Shown here piece by piece: positions 36,278-45,425 of a stretch of 64,000 bases of DNA. Source of the DNA: a virus; the IMG/VR virus record IMGVR_UViG_3300045278_000064, one strand, 5' to 3'. A program made the position numbers and the translations under genes. The notes below the pieces were generated by a model. That model made no database searches and was not told where the DNA came from. It saw only the letters and a program-made list of their open reading frames with translations. Within the stretch, counting starts at the first letter, position 1, and every line of letters begins with the position of its first letter.

Positions 36278-36513
36278 CACGCCGCCGCCTCTCGCCTCAT
36301 GCGCTGGCGATCGCGCTCGGACGTCCCGCCCCAGATCCCCTGCTCGCCCTGCTCGAGCGCGAGAGCGAGGCACTGCTCCCGCACCGGGCAGGCGCGGCAG
36401 ATCCGCTTCGCCTCCTTGCCGGAGAACCCCACCTCGGGGAACCAGAGATCGCCGTCGACCTCCCGGCAGAGCCCTTCGGCCATCCACGGCGCCGGCTTCA
36501 GGTAGTCCTCCAT
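36277..36513 (-). CDS. whiB: WhiB-family transcription factor
   Basis: GLCREVDGDLWFPE..AKRICRACPVREQCL..GIWGGTSERDR. Confidence 0.92.
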   Translation of the reverse strand: MEDYLKPAPWMAEGLCREVDGDLWFPEVGFSGKEAKRICRACPVREQCLALALEQGEQGIWGGTSERDRQRMRREAAA

Positions 36514-37014
36514 CACGCGGCCTTCTCCTTCTGCTCGAGCTGCTGGGTGATCCACCTCGCGAGCAGGGGGTGGGCCTGCTCGTGCTCGTACGCCATCTCC
36601 TGCGCACGGCGCCGCACCTCGACGAGGGGCTCGCGGGACACCGCGGCCTGAGACACGACGACGAACTCACCGGCACCCGTGCGGTCGACCCGGATCGCCG
36701 GGTCCCCGGGCAGGAGCTCGACGCCGTGCAGCTGGGCGAGCTCGAGGAACGGCCACCGCACATGCCGGGCGAGGCGCTGCCGGGTCAGACCGCCGTAGTA
36801 CGGGAACGTCGCGACGAACATGCCCGAGACCGGCGTGGGGGGGGCGTTCGCTGAACCCACGGGTCCCGGCGCGGTACTCGACGTAGGCGTCGCGGCAGGG
36901 CGTGCACCCGCACCGGTGGTCCTGGTACATCGCCGCAGTCCCGTGGACATGGGACTCGCGCCCGCAGTCGCACGTCGCGGGCTCGGGAGAGCGGGTGCGC
37001 GGCCGGCCGGTCAT
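36513..37014 (-). pseudogene. Zn-motif protein split by a frameshift at a C8 tract
   Basis: Two half-ORFs join into one 166-aa protein if the G8 run at 36837-36844 loses one base. Confidence 0.55.
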
Positions 37015-37781
37015 GCCGCGACCTCCCACGCATCAGCGCGGACCCCGAGCGGGCGCGCGGCCGGGTCGTCGATCCGGTCGTCATCCCAGCTGGCGGGCGG
37101 AGCCCACCGGTGCGACTCGGCCCAGCGGAGCGTGCGCGTCACCGCGGCGCGCTCGCGCGGGGTCGCCGAAGGCGGCGCCTGGTCCCACAGCTCCTCGTAC
37201 AGATCCCGGACCGCGCGGGCGAGCCGCCCCGACGCCGTCCCCGTCCGCTCGATGTGCGCGAGAGCGTTGTGCTCGACGCCGAGCCGGGCCGCGAGCCCGC
37301 GGCGCGACCAGCCCCGCGCATGCAGCGCGCGGAGACGCCGCAGCGTGCCCGTCCCGTCGACGACCGCGCCGTCGGAGACCACGTCCAGCGACGCCCGGAC
37401 CGCGAGGATCCGCTGGGCCGTCTCCGGCGCCACGCGAAGCTGCGGAGCACCATCCGCCCGGGACGGGTCCCGGTTGATGATCTTCGCGATCGTCGACGCC
37501 GAGAGGCCCGCTAGCGCTGCGACCCGGCGGTAGCCGAGGCCCTGCGCCTGCAGCTCGGCGATGTGCGCACGGACCGGGCCGGCATCGACCCGGCGCGGCG
37601 CCGCACCGATGTGCGCGTCCAGGCGGCGGCGCCGCTCCGCGTTGGCCGCGGCGTCCGTGCACGGCACGCACCGGCAGCGGTCGAGCTTGTACATCGTCGG
37701 GGTGCCGTGCTCGTGACGGGCGTGCTTGTGAGTGCACTCCCGGACCACTCTGGGCGCGCGGGCCAGCGAGGGGCCCGTCAT
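37011..37781 (-). CDS. Zn-motif plus double-HTH DNA-binding protein
   Basis: HEHGT..RCRCVPC; GLGYRRVAALAGLSASTI; GWSRRGLAARLG. Confidence 0.65.
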   Translation of the reverse strand: MTGPSLARAPRVVRECTHKHARHEHGTPTMYKLDRCRCVPCTDAAANAERRRRLDAHIGAAPRRVDAGPVRAHIAELQAQGLGYRRVAALAGLSASTIAKIINRDPSRADGAPQLRVAPETAQRILAVRASLDVVSDGAVVDGTGTLRRLRALHARGWSRRGLAARLGVEHNALAHIERTGTASGRLARAVRDLYEELWDQAPPSATPRERAAVTRTLRWAESHRWAPPASWDDDRIDDPAARPLGVRADAWEVAA

Positions 37782-38356
37782 CGCGCGACCATCCCGTCGG
37801 TGAGGGCGTCCCACCAGGCGCGCGCCCACAGGGCATCGCCGAGCGCGGTGTGCGCGTCGGCCTTCGCCGGCGGCTGCGCGCCCGCGATCCGGGACAGCTC
37901 GTAGGACCCCTCGGTCAGGCCGACCGTCGCGAACGGGGACCCGGCCTCGCGGGCCTGGGTCCAGGTGACGAGGTCGATCGGATGGTGATGCCAGGCCGGG
38001 ACGAACCCGTGCCGGCCCAGCAGGCCGGCGAGGATCGGCAGGTCATAGCCCGCGACGTCCGAGCCCACGACCGTGCAGCCCTCGGTGAGGCGGCGCGAGA
38101 GCCACAGCGCGGTCATCTCCTCCGACAGCCACCGGGCCCGCCCATCCGAGACGTGCCGCTCCTCGAAGCGGCCCACGGCGAGGGCGACCGGGTCCGCGCC
38201 CTCGAGGTCGACGTCCGAGACGAGGATCCAGGTGCGGCGCTCCTGCCCGCCCGGCCAGCGCTCGATCAGCGCGACCTCCCACGGCCGCGCCGAGTGGACG
38301 TCCAGGGACGTCGCCTCGATGTCGAGGAACACGAGCTTGCGGTCGATGCGGAGCAC
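37778..38356 (-). CDS. DEDDh 3'-5' exonuclease
   Basis: VFLDIEATSL; VGSDVAGYDL; HTALGDA. Confidence 0.85.
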   Translation of the reverse strand: MLRIDRKLVFLDIEATSLDVHSARPWEVALIERWPGGQERRTWILVSDVDLEGADPVALAVGRFEERHVSDGRARWLSEEMTALWLSRRLTEGCTVVGSDVAGYDLPILAGLLGRHGFVPAWHHHPIDLVTWTQAREAGSPFATVGLTEGSYELSRIAGAQPPAKADAHTALGDALWARAWWDALTDGMVAR

Positions 38357-39103
38357 TCAGATCACCCCCTCGTCGATGACCTCGCGCAGCCGGTCCCGCC
38401 ACTCAGCGAGCGCGCGCTCGTCGATCCACGGCGCGCGGCTCTCCTCGTCCTCGCGGTGCTCGCTCGAGGGGACGTAGGCGACGAAGTCCTCGGCCAGGGG
38501 CGCGACGAGCATCCGGCCGAGCATCCGCACGTGCAGCTCCACGCCGAGCGCGACCGCGGCGCGCGTGATCCGGCCCAACTGGACGGGGGAGAAGAAGATG
38601 CCCGAGTCCAGGGCGACCGGGGGCTTGGGGTCCAGGCCGCGCTGCACCACGCCGAAGCACTGGTGCACGAGATCGACGGAGGTCTTGTCGCCCCGCTCGA
38701 GCGTCGCCGGGTCCTCCGCAACATCGACCGTGAGCGACGATCCGTCGATCAGGCCCGACACGTCCCGGATCGTCATCTGCCGATCCGAGACCTCCACCGC
38801 GAGGCGGTACTCCTGCGCAGAGACCTCCTTCGGGAGCGTGATCTTGAAGACCGAGAGGATCGCCTTCACCTGAGCGAACGGGATCGAGAACGCGCCGAAC
38901 CCCTCCACGTCCTCGGTCTGCACGAGCCCGGCCGCCGCGGCGCCACCGTTCAGCGCCGCGAGCGACAGCCCGTCGTGCCGGGATAAGCAGCGCACCGCCG
39001 CGTAGGACGCGAAGTCCTTCGGCGAGGCCTGGAACAGGCCGACCGCGCCGAGCATCCGGCAGAACTCGAGGCCGTACACCTCGAACGACAGCGAGGTCCT
39101 CAT
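38357..39103 (-). CDS. Hypothetical protein, possibly a DnaN (beta-clamp)-like two-domain protein
   Basis: Alpha/beta pattern and FFSPVQLGRI resembling the clamp FNPxYL segment. Confidence 0.4.
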   Translation of the reverse strand: MRTSLSFEVYGLEFCRMLGAVGLFQASPKDFASYAAVRCLSRHDGLSLAALNGGAAAAGLVQTEDVEGFGAFSIPFAQVKAILSVFKITLPKEVSAQEYRLAVEVSDRQMTIRDVSGLIDGSSLTVDVAEDPATLERGDKTSVDLVHQCFGVVQRGLDPKPPVALDSGIFFSPVQLGRITRAAVALGVELHVRMLGRMLVAPLAEDFVAYVPSSEHREDEESRAPWIDERALAEWRDRLREVIDEGVI

Positions 39104-40554
39104 GCCGCCTCACCGCCCTCGGCGAGCGCCTCGGCGCCGTCGGTCGCGGGGGCGTCGGGGTCGGCGGCGTGGGGGATGCCGGTGGCGAGGAGGATCGCCT
39201 GCTGCTCGACGTCGGTCCACTGGTACCCGGTGCGCTCGAGGAGCTGGCGGAGCGTGCCCTTCGCGCCCCAGTACGAGGAGCCCTGGCGGCCCTCGCCCAT
39301 GTACTTGTGGTCGGCCTTGATACCCCACCAGTCCGCCTCGAGCCAGACGAGAAGCGACAGCGGCCAGGTGGACAGGGCCTTGGTCACCTTGGTCTTGCCC
39401 TCGTTGCCGGTAAGGGCCTGCAGCAGGTCGATGGAGACCTGGTTGTCGCCGTACCCGGTCCAGCCCTGCTTCACGAGCTTCGCGACCAGGTGCTTGACTG
39501 CGACGTCGGCGGTGTCGAGGTCGGGCAGTGTGGCGGCGAGGTGGCGTTCGCGGTGGATCTTCGCGGTGGCGAAGTCGTCGGCATCGAGGTCGTCCCACGG
39601 GTCCGCGGGTTCGGGCTCCGGGTCGGTGCTGTCGGCCGCGCCGTCGGCGGGGTGAAGGGACTCCTGCTGGTCGCAGGCGATCACGAGAGTGCCGACCGGG
39701 ACCGCGCCCAGCACGGGGACGCGAACACCCGCATCGGTGATGATCACGCCGCAGTGCCCGGGGCACGCGGCGTGCTCGTCGGTGAGCAGCGAGACCCACT
39801 CCTCGCCGGTGTGCAGCCCGGCCTCGGCCGCCTCCTCGATCGCGGGTGTGCCCCAGACGCCCGCTTCCACGAGAGTGGTGAGTCCGACGCCCTTCTCGGA
39901 GACGCGGAGGCCGAGCTTCTTGGCCTCCTTCCGGGAGGCCGCGGCCCGGGCGCGCTCCTCGCGACGGCGGCGCGCTGCGGAGACCTCCCAGTCGAAGCGG
40001 TAGGTGCCGGCGGCGGCCTCGAGCTCCTCCACGGCCTCGGGGTCGTCGCTGTACTCCGCGATCACGAGGGCGTCGTCGACGGTGATCTGGCCGCGGTGGA
40101 CCTTCTCCCCGGTGTCGCTGGCGAGCTTCGCGAGCTTCGCCCGATCCTTCACGCGCTGCTTGCCGAGCGCGGTCTGCTTCGCGACCTGGGCCTGGGTCAT
40201 GCCGAGGTCGAGCATGTCCTGGACCAGGCGGGCCTCCTCCACCGCGGTCAGCTGGTCGCGGAGGATGTTCTCCGTCGCCATGAACGCCAGCTGCGCCTTC
40301 GGGTCCGTGAGGTCGTCGCGGACCTGCACCGGCACCTCGGCGAGGCCGAGAGCGTGAGCCGCGGTGAGGCGGCGGTGGCCGGCGAGGACGACGTAGCCCT
40401 CGGTGCCGTCGGGCTCGGGCGCCGCGACGAGGGGGACCTCGACGCCGTGCTCCCGGATCGACTCGGTCAGGTCCTCGACCTGCGCGGCGTCGATGCGGGG
40501 GTTCTGCTCATGCGGGTGCAGCACATCGACGTGCACCATCTGGATCTGCTCCAT
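39100..40554 (-). CDS. ParB/Srx N-terminal domain protein
   Basis: LHPHEQNPR..LTESIREHGVEVPL..VLAGHRRL..ENILRDQL; HTH GMTQAQVAKQT. Confidence 0.88.
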   Translation of the reverse strand: MEQIQMVHVDVLHPHEQNPRIDAAQVEDLTESIREHGVEVPLVAAPEPDGTEGYVVLAGHRRLTAAHALGLAEVPVQVRDDLTDPKAQLAFMATENILRDQLTAVEEARLVQDMLDLGMTQAQVAKQTALGKQRVKDRAKLAKLASDTGEKVHRGQITVDDALVIAEYSDDPEAVEELEAAAGTYRFDWEVSAARRRREERARAAASRKEAKKLGLRVSEKGVGLTTLVEAGVWGTPAIEEAAEAGLHTGEEWVSLLTDEHAACPGHCGVIITDAGVRVPVLGAVPVGTLVIACDQQESLHPADGAADSTDPEPEPADPWDDLDADDFATAKIHRERHLAATLPDLDTADVAVKHLVAKLVKQGWTGYGDNQVSIDLLQALTGNEGKTKVTKALSTWPLSLLVWLEADWWGIKADHKYMGEGRQGSSYWGAKGTLRQLLERTGYQWTDVEQQAILLATGIPHAADPDAPATDGAEALAEGGEAA

Positions 40555-41003
40555 CACTCCTGCTCCTCCTGCTCTGTGCCCGCCTCCATGGCGCGGCGTC
40601 TGATCTGTGCGGAGATCCCGTCTCCGAGCTCGCGCAGCCGATGGCCAAGCGCAAGCAGGTCCCTGTCCTCCATCACCGGGACCGCTGCAGCGACCTCCCG
40701 GCAGAGCCCCGCCGTGACCTCGTCCCGCCACCGCCCGCACCGGGCGTTGTGGTGGTTCCCGCGCCACGACTGCTCCATGTCGCCCCGCTGTCCGGGCGGC
40801 CACGACTTGCACAGCAGCCCGCCGTGCTGATCGCGCCACACCTGGAACAGCCCGACCCCGCCCTCGAGCGCGTACCGCTCGGGGACCAGCGGGGTCCAGA
40901 CCTTCCCGTGCAGCCCCCACGCCCACCACACGTCCGCACCGCAGTCCTCACAGACCGGTGCCGGACGCGCAGGGCGCGGAGTGCCGGGGCGACGACTCCT
41001 CAC
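40554..41003 (-). CDS. Hypothetical Zn-ribbon protein
   Basis: CEDCGADVWW; HNARC; GTGA overlap. Confidence 0.55.
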   Translation of the reverse strand: MRSRRPGTPRPARPAPVCEDCGADVWWAWGLHGKVWTPLVPERYALEGGVGLFQVWRDQHGGLLCKSWPPGQRGDMEQSWRGNHHNARCGRWRDEVTAGLCREVAAAVPVMEDRDLLALGHRLRELGDGISAQIRRRAMEAGTEQEEQE

Positions 41004-41176
41004 CGGCCATGCACCTCCCGGCGAGCGCGGCGCCGGTTCTCGGCGGCGAGGCCCGCGGAGGGGCCGGCCAGGCAGTCCCACAGCACCCACACCACGAGGA
41101 GGAGGACGGCGGCGGCGACGGAGGCGAGGACGAGCTGGACGAGGAACGTCGCGACGAAGAGCAGGACCGCGCTCAT
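41000..41176 (-). CDS. Small membrane protein (absent from the ORF track)
   Basis: MSAVLLFVATFLVQLVLASVAAAVLLLVVWVLW, 58 aa; overlap-coupled. Confidence 0.55.
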   Translation of the reverse strand: MSAVLLFVATFLVQLVLASVAAAVLLLVVWVLWDCLAGPSAGLAAENRRRARREVHGR

Positions 41177-41415
41177 GCGGGGTCACCCCCGCTCGGGCGG
41201 GCCTTGCCGGCGGGGTGCGCGGCCTCGGTGGCGCGGTGCTCGGCGTCGTGCGCGCGCTTCACCCGCGACGCCTCCGCGGCGATGCGCTCGATGCGGGAGA
41301 ACCCGCATGCGCAGCCAACGATGAAGCGCACGTCGTCGTCGCGGAATCCGGCGCGGGTGACCGTCGCTCGGGGAGCGCGGCGGCCGGTGGGGAAGGGGAG
41401 GATGCGGCCGCTCAT
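41173..41415 (-). CDS. Hypothetical protein
   Basis: CACG motif; overlap-coupled. Confidence 0.5.
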   Translation of the reverse strand: MSGRILPFPTGRRAPRATVTRAGFRDDDVRFIVGCACGFSRIERIAAEASRVKRAHDAEHRATEAAHPAGKARPSGGDPA

Positions 41416-41666
41416 GCCGCGACCCGATTCCGGTGAGCCGCCGCGGCGCGACGGGCACGGATACGCTGCTCGAGCTCCTCCACGGACGGGCCGCCTGCGC
41501 AGACCGCCTGCCGGGCTGCTTCCTCGACGCTTGCACCGTCCAGGCCGAGCATCCTCGCTCCCGCGGCCGCGAGGATCCGCTTCAGCTCGTCGCCCTCGAG
41601 GGGCGTGACCGAGAGACGCGCGTCGATCCCCGCCTGCACCTGCTGCTGGATCTGGGTCGTGGTCAT
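41412..41666 (-). CDS. Hypothetical protein
   Basis: MTTTQIQ..; GGPSVEELE. Confidence 0.55.
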   Translation of the reverse strand: MTTTQIQQQVQAGIDARLSVTPLEGDELKRILAAAGARMLGLDGASVEEAARQAVCAGGPSVEELEQRIRARRAAAAHRNRVAA

Positions 41667-41797
41667 GACGGGTCCTTCCTGTGCCGAGCGGGGCGCGGTC
41701 CGAGCTGGTCCTCGACGACGCCGTTGGTGATGTCGCGCGCGAGCGCGCGAGGAGACAGGGCGGTGGCGCGGCGCCGGCCGCGCACGTGCGTGTTCAT
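41663..41797 (-). CDS. Small hypothetical protein
   Basis: 44 aa; ATGA overlaps on both ends. Confidence 0.4.
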   Translation of the reverse strand: MNTHVRGRRRATALSPRALARDITNGVVEDQLGPRPARHRKDPS

Positions 41798-41982
41798 CGG
41801 ATCGCCTCGATGAAGGCGGCGAGCCTGTTCGCCTGAGCGGGGGTGATGTTGAAGTGGTGGTCCCCGGCGCCGATCGGCTCCGCGACGTAGATCCGGATGG
41901 ACAGGAGGTCGTCGTCGGGGGAGTGGCGGGTGATCGGGATCCGGTCCAGTTCGATGGCTGCCTCGTACTGCTCATCGCTCAT
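41794..41982 (-). CDS. Small hypothetical protein
   Basis: 62 aa; overlap-coupled. Confidence 0.55.
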   Translation of the reverse strand: MSDEQYEAAIELDRIPITRHSPDDDLLSIRIYVAEPIGAGDHHFNITPAQANRLAAFIEAIR

Positions 41983-42854
41983 GCCGCGTCACCCCGGCTC
42001 TGGACATCGAGCGCGGGCGCGGTCAGGCCGAGCTTGGTCGCGAGGTGCTGGACGTGGAACTGCAGGACGTAGAGGGTCTGGCGGACCTGCCCGTTGTGGA
42101 GGCGCGGAGCGTTGTGCTGAGGGCGCAGAACGAACCACTCCGAGGAGAGGACTCCCTGGCGGGGCCGCCACTCGTACTCGTCCTCCATCGCCTGCTTGCT
42201 GTGCGACCAGCGAGCACCGACTTGCCGGCGGACGGCGACGCCCTTCTCCTTCATCAGCGCCCGGACCTTCGGGCCCGTGGTGCCGTACTGCGAGGCGAAG
42301 TTGTCGATCGTGACGATGTCCTGGCTCTCCGCCACGAACCGCTGGTGGTAGTCCACGACGGGCTGCTGCTGCTCGAGCTCGTACTCGACGCGGGCCCGGG
42401 CGATCGCCTCGCGGTCAGCGCGGTCCTCGGCCTCGAGCACCATCTGCGCAAGCTCTCGGCGCCCAGGGAGCGCGACGGGCGCGGGCTGGGCGACCTCGGC
42501 CTCGCGGGTCCGGATCGCGAAGTAGGACTGCGCCGCGGCGACCTCGGCCTTGTTCGGGTCGCCATTCATCGCCACGAGGTAGGCGGCGAAGCGGGAGAGC
42601 TCGACGTCGGCCATGCTGGGCCCGCTCGAGGCGACTTTGCGGGATCCCGCAAAGTGCTCGGAGACCACGTGGCCCTGCGCCTCGGCCGACTTCCGGGCCC
42701 GATCGAGCGGGACCTCGAAGTTCCGCCACGCGGAGTAGCCGAGCAGCGGCATCAGCTCGCGGGCGGACCAGAACTCTGCACCATGGGGCCGGGTGCGCTT
42801 GATCGCGTCGAACGGCGAGGCCGCCAGCGGGGTGGAGGGGGTAAGGTCGGACAT
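41979..42854 (-). CDS. Phage antirepressor (DinD/Bro-like N-terminus + KilAC-like C-terminus)
   Basis: EFWSARELMPLLGYSAWRNF..LSRFAAYLVAMNGDPNK; QPVVDYHQRFV. Confidence 0.85.
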   Translation of the reverse strand: MSDLTPSTPLAASPFDAIKRTRPHGAEFWSARELMPLLGYSAWRNFEVPLDRARKSAEAQGHVVSEHFAGSRKVASSGPSMADVELSRFAAYLVAMNGDPNKAEVAAAQSYFAIRTREAEVAQPAPVALPGRRELAQMVLEAEDRADREAIARARVEYELEQQQPVVDYHQRFVAESQDIVTIDNFASQYGTTGPKVRALMKEKGVAVRRQVGARWSHSKQAMEDEYEWRPRQGVLSSEWFVLRPQHNAPRLHNGQVRQTLYVLQFHVQHLATKLGLTAPALDVQSRGDAA

Positions 42855-42913
42855 GGATTGTTCCCTTCTGGGATCACGCGCCCCCGCCCTGCATGGCGGG
42901 GGCGCTCCTGCGT

Positions 42914-43144
42914 TCAGGACTGGGCGGGGACCTCGGCGTCGAGCGCGGCGAGCTCGGCTCGGGCCGCGGCGATGACGCGAGCGGGAACGGTGGCCGGTGC
43001 CAGGTCCAGAAGAGTCCTGACCGCGTCCGCCCGACCGAGGACCAGTCCCTCGAACCGGGCGCTCCGCGGGAGCTCAGCGCTGACTTCCCGAGAGCTGCGC
43101 AGCTGTGCTGCCAACGCCATCAGGGCGTCCGAGTAGGCGCTCAT
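42914..43144 (-). CDS. Hypothetical protein
   Basis: ATGA-coupled. Confidence 0.5.
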   Translation of the reverse strand: MSAYSDALMALAAQLRSSREVSAELPRSARFEGLVLGRADAVRTLLDLAPATVPARVIAAARAELAALDAEVPAQS

Positions 43145-43485
43145 CGGGTCACCGCCGGCTCGAAGACGAGCGGCGCGGCGGCCGCGGCGTAGACGGCGTT
43201 GTCGAGCTCGCAGAGGAGGTCGTACACGTCGTGCTGGTAGCCGGGGTGGGGGACGCCGAAGTCCCGGATGAGGGCCTCGCTCGCACGGTGCACCGCGACG
43301 AGGTCGCGCTGGATGTGCTCGGCACCGCGCTGCTCGGCCTGCTCGTCGGTCTGGAACCGACCGCAGTAGATGCAGACCTCGACCTGGTCGAGGAAGGGGA
43401 ACAGCTCGGCCTCGGTGGGGGACCGGTGCGCGAGAGGGCGGACCGGGACGGTCGCGCGGGGCGCTCGGATCGGGGTGATGGTCAT
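43141..43485 (-). CDS. Hypothetical protein
   Basis: CIYCG motif; AGGAG SD. Confidence 0.55.
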   Translation of the reverse strand: MTITPIRAPRATVPVRPLAHRSPTEAELFPFLDQVEVCIYCGRFQTDEQAEQRGAEHIQRDLVAVHRASEALIRDFGVPHPGYQHDVYDLLCELDNAVYAAAAAPLVFEPAVTR

Positions 43486-43549
43486 GACGGGGCTCCTGGT
43501 CGTCGAGATAGGTCAGGTCGCGGTGGGCACTGCCGGGTAGATTTCGGCC

Positions 43550-44134
43550 ATGGACTGGGTCGGATGGGTCATCAGCGGAGTGGGCCTGCTCGTCGGAGGA
43601 GCGACGCTCGCGGTGACGGTGCCGTCGCTCGTGCTGTCCCGCCGAGCAGAGCGACGCGCGACGGAGCGGTCGGTCGTCGAGTGGTACGCAGGCGAGAGCG
43701 AGCCCGGGCAGGTTTGGGTGACGAACCAAGGCATCGACCCCGCGTTCGAGGTGACCGTCGACGTCTGGGACGGGCGCGACTTCGTCTCCCGCACACGGGC
43801 CACTGCGTTGTTCGGAGACGAGATAAACGCCGTGCTCCCCACCCGTCGAGCTGAGGGCCCCGAGCCCGTCGACCTGCCGACACGGATCACGCCACGGGTG
43901 CCCGACGAACCTCCTGAGGGGGTGCAGCTCCCAACGGGCCTCACCCCACCGGGGCTCCGCCAGATGAACGACGAGCAGCGCGCTCGGTGGGAGCTCCTGA
44001 AGGCCTCGCAGGACTCGGCGGACGCGATGGAAGCCCGGATGCGGGAGAAGGCAGAAGCGGAACAGGTGTCCGTTCGCGTGACCTGGCGGTCAGCGCTCGG
44101 AACCTGGTCGACGACGATGGTGGACCTCTCGTGA
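43550..44134 (+). CDS. Single-TM protein (moron, antisense to the early operon)
   Basis: N-terminal TM WVGWVISGVGLLVGGATLAVTV. Confidence 0.65.
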   Translation: MDWVGWVISGVGLLVGGATLAVTVPSLVLSRRAERRATERSVVEWYAGESEPGQVWVTNQGIDPAFEVTVDVWDGRDFVSRTRATALFGDEINAVLPTRRAEGPEPVDLPTRITPRVPDEPPEGVQLPTGLTPPGLRQMNDEQRARWELLKASQDSADAMEARMREKAEAEQVSVRVTWRSALGTWSTTMVDLS

Positions 44135-44273
44135 ACGGCTGATCCCCTCGCGCCGCAGCATCCGCCGCAAGATCCATCCCTGAATGCACACCGAGACGCC
44201 GATGCAGACGATCGCGATGCCTTGGAGAAGGTCGAGCACTGAGTACCTCCGTGGTTGACGGGCAGAGCGCGCA

Positions 44274-44624
44274 TCACGCCACCTGCTTCCGGCGAGCGCC
44301 ACGCGACTCGGCCGCGTCGGCTCGGCGCGCATGGGTCCTCTCCGGGGTGTGCGAGTGCGTCCTATCGGTGGTCACTCGGGTCACGAAAAGGTCGTCGACG
44401 TCGAGATGCAGGTAGTGCGCGATGCGCAGTGCCGGATCGGTGTTCAGGGTCTTCGCCTCTCCGCTGATGAGGCGGCGCATATACGTGTGCGACCTCCAGC
44501 CGGCGGCGCGGGCGAGTTCGCGCTGCGAGACGCCGAGCTTGGTCATGCGACGTACCAGCTTGTCGCGGTCGATCAGTTCCATCCAGATCGCTCCAACGGT
44601 GGGGGTGGTGTGAACAAGGTGCAC
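44274..44624 (-). CDS. Cro-like XRE HTH regulator
   Basis: GVSQRELARAAGWRSHTYMRRL; GGAGG SD; divergent from the repressor. Confidence 0.85.
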   Translation of the reverse strand: MHLVHTTPTVGAIWMELIDRDKLVRRMTKLGVSQRELARAAGWRSHTYMRRLISGEAKTLNTDPALRIAHYLHLDVDDLFVTRVTTDRTHSHTPERTHARRADAAESRGARRKQVA

Positions 44625-44643
44625 GTTATCCTCCGGGTGGTCG

Positions 44644-44685
44644 AGTGTCCACTGTCAGTATCTAGTAGACACCCTCTAGTGTCCA
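44644..44685. promoter_or_regulatory. Candidate operator half-sites between cro and cI
   Basis: AGTGTCCA at 44644 and 44678 with an inverted TAGACAC at 44666. Confidence 0.5.
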
Positions 44686-44840
44686 TGCGCAAGCCCCGAG
44701 TGTTCGCCAGAATGTTGCCGATGCGCTGGGGTGCCGACTACCGGCACAACAATCTGAGAAACTTCTAGTGCCCACCTGGTTCCTGCGTGTCGGTGACCAG
44801 CGATTGGCGTACCTTCTCCTGCCACCCGAGGATTGCCGCC

Positions 44841-45425
44841 GTGAACGCACTACACCCGCTTGGTCAGCTCATCCAGTCCGTGGAGGACTCGAAGGGCTGG
44901 ACGATGCGAGAGATCGCTCGGCGCGCTGAGCGGGCTCAGGTTCCGCTGTCGAACGCGTACCTGGGGAAGCTGAAGCGGCAAGGCATCCGGTCGATCACGA
45001 TCGAGACCATCCACGCCCTGGCGGTCGGTCTGGATCTGCCCGAGCGGATCGTGGCCACGGCTGCGCTCGAGACCATGGGCGTTCACGACATCGGGTCAGC
45101 CGAGAGCCGGGCCGCCGTCGCGATCGCACGGGACCCTGAGCTCTCCGAACGGGACCGCAGGATCCTCCTCGCGGTCGTACGGGAGATGCAGGGTGAACAG
45201 GACGAGGAACAGCGCGCCGGCTCCGCAGCGAGCGGCAGCGACAGCATGGAAGATCCGCCTCAGCCAGATGGGGTTACCCCACGCGCCGGCGGACGCCGGC
45301 TGACGCGGGCCGACTTCGACCGCGCCGCCGACGACTCCGGGCCGTCGCTGCTCGAGGCCGACGACGCCCGCGCCGCGGCGCGCGGGGAGGAGTCCCAGGA
45401 CACAGGGAGTGACGAGCCGGCATGA
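44841..45425 (+). CDS. CI-like immunity repressor (XRE HTH)
   Basis: GWTMREIARRA..LSNAYLGKL..IHALAVGLDLP; divergent from cro. Confidence 0.85.
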   Translation: MNALHPLGQLIQSVEDSKGWTMREIARRAERAQVPLSNAYLGKLKRQGIRSITIETIHALAVGLDLPERIVATAALETMGVHDIGSAESRAAVAIARDPELSERDRRILLAVVREMQGEQDEEQRAGSAASGSDSMEDPPQPDGVTPRAGGRRLTRADFDRAADDSGPSLLEADDARAAARGEESQDTGSDEPA

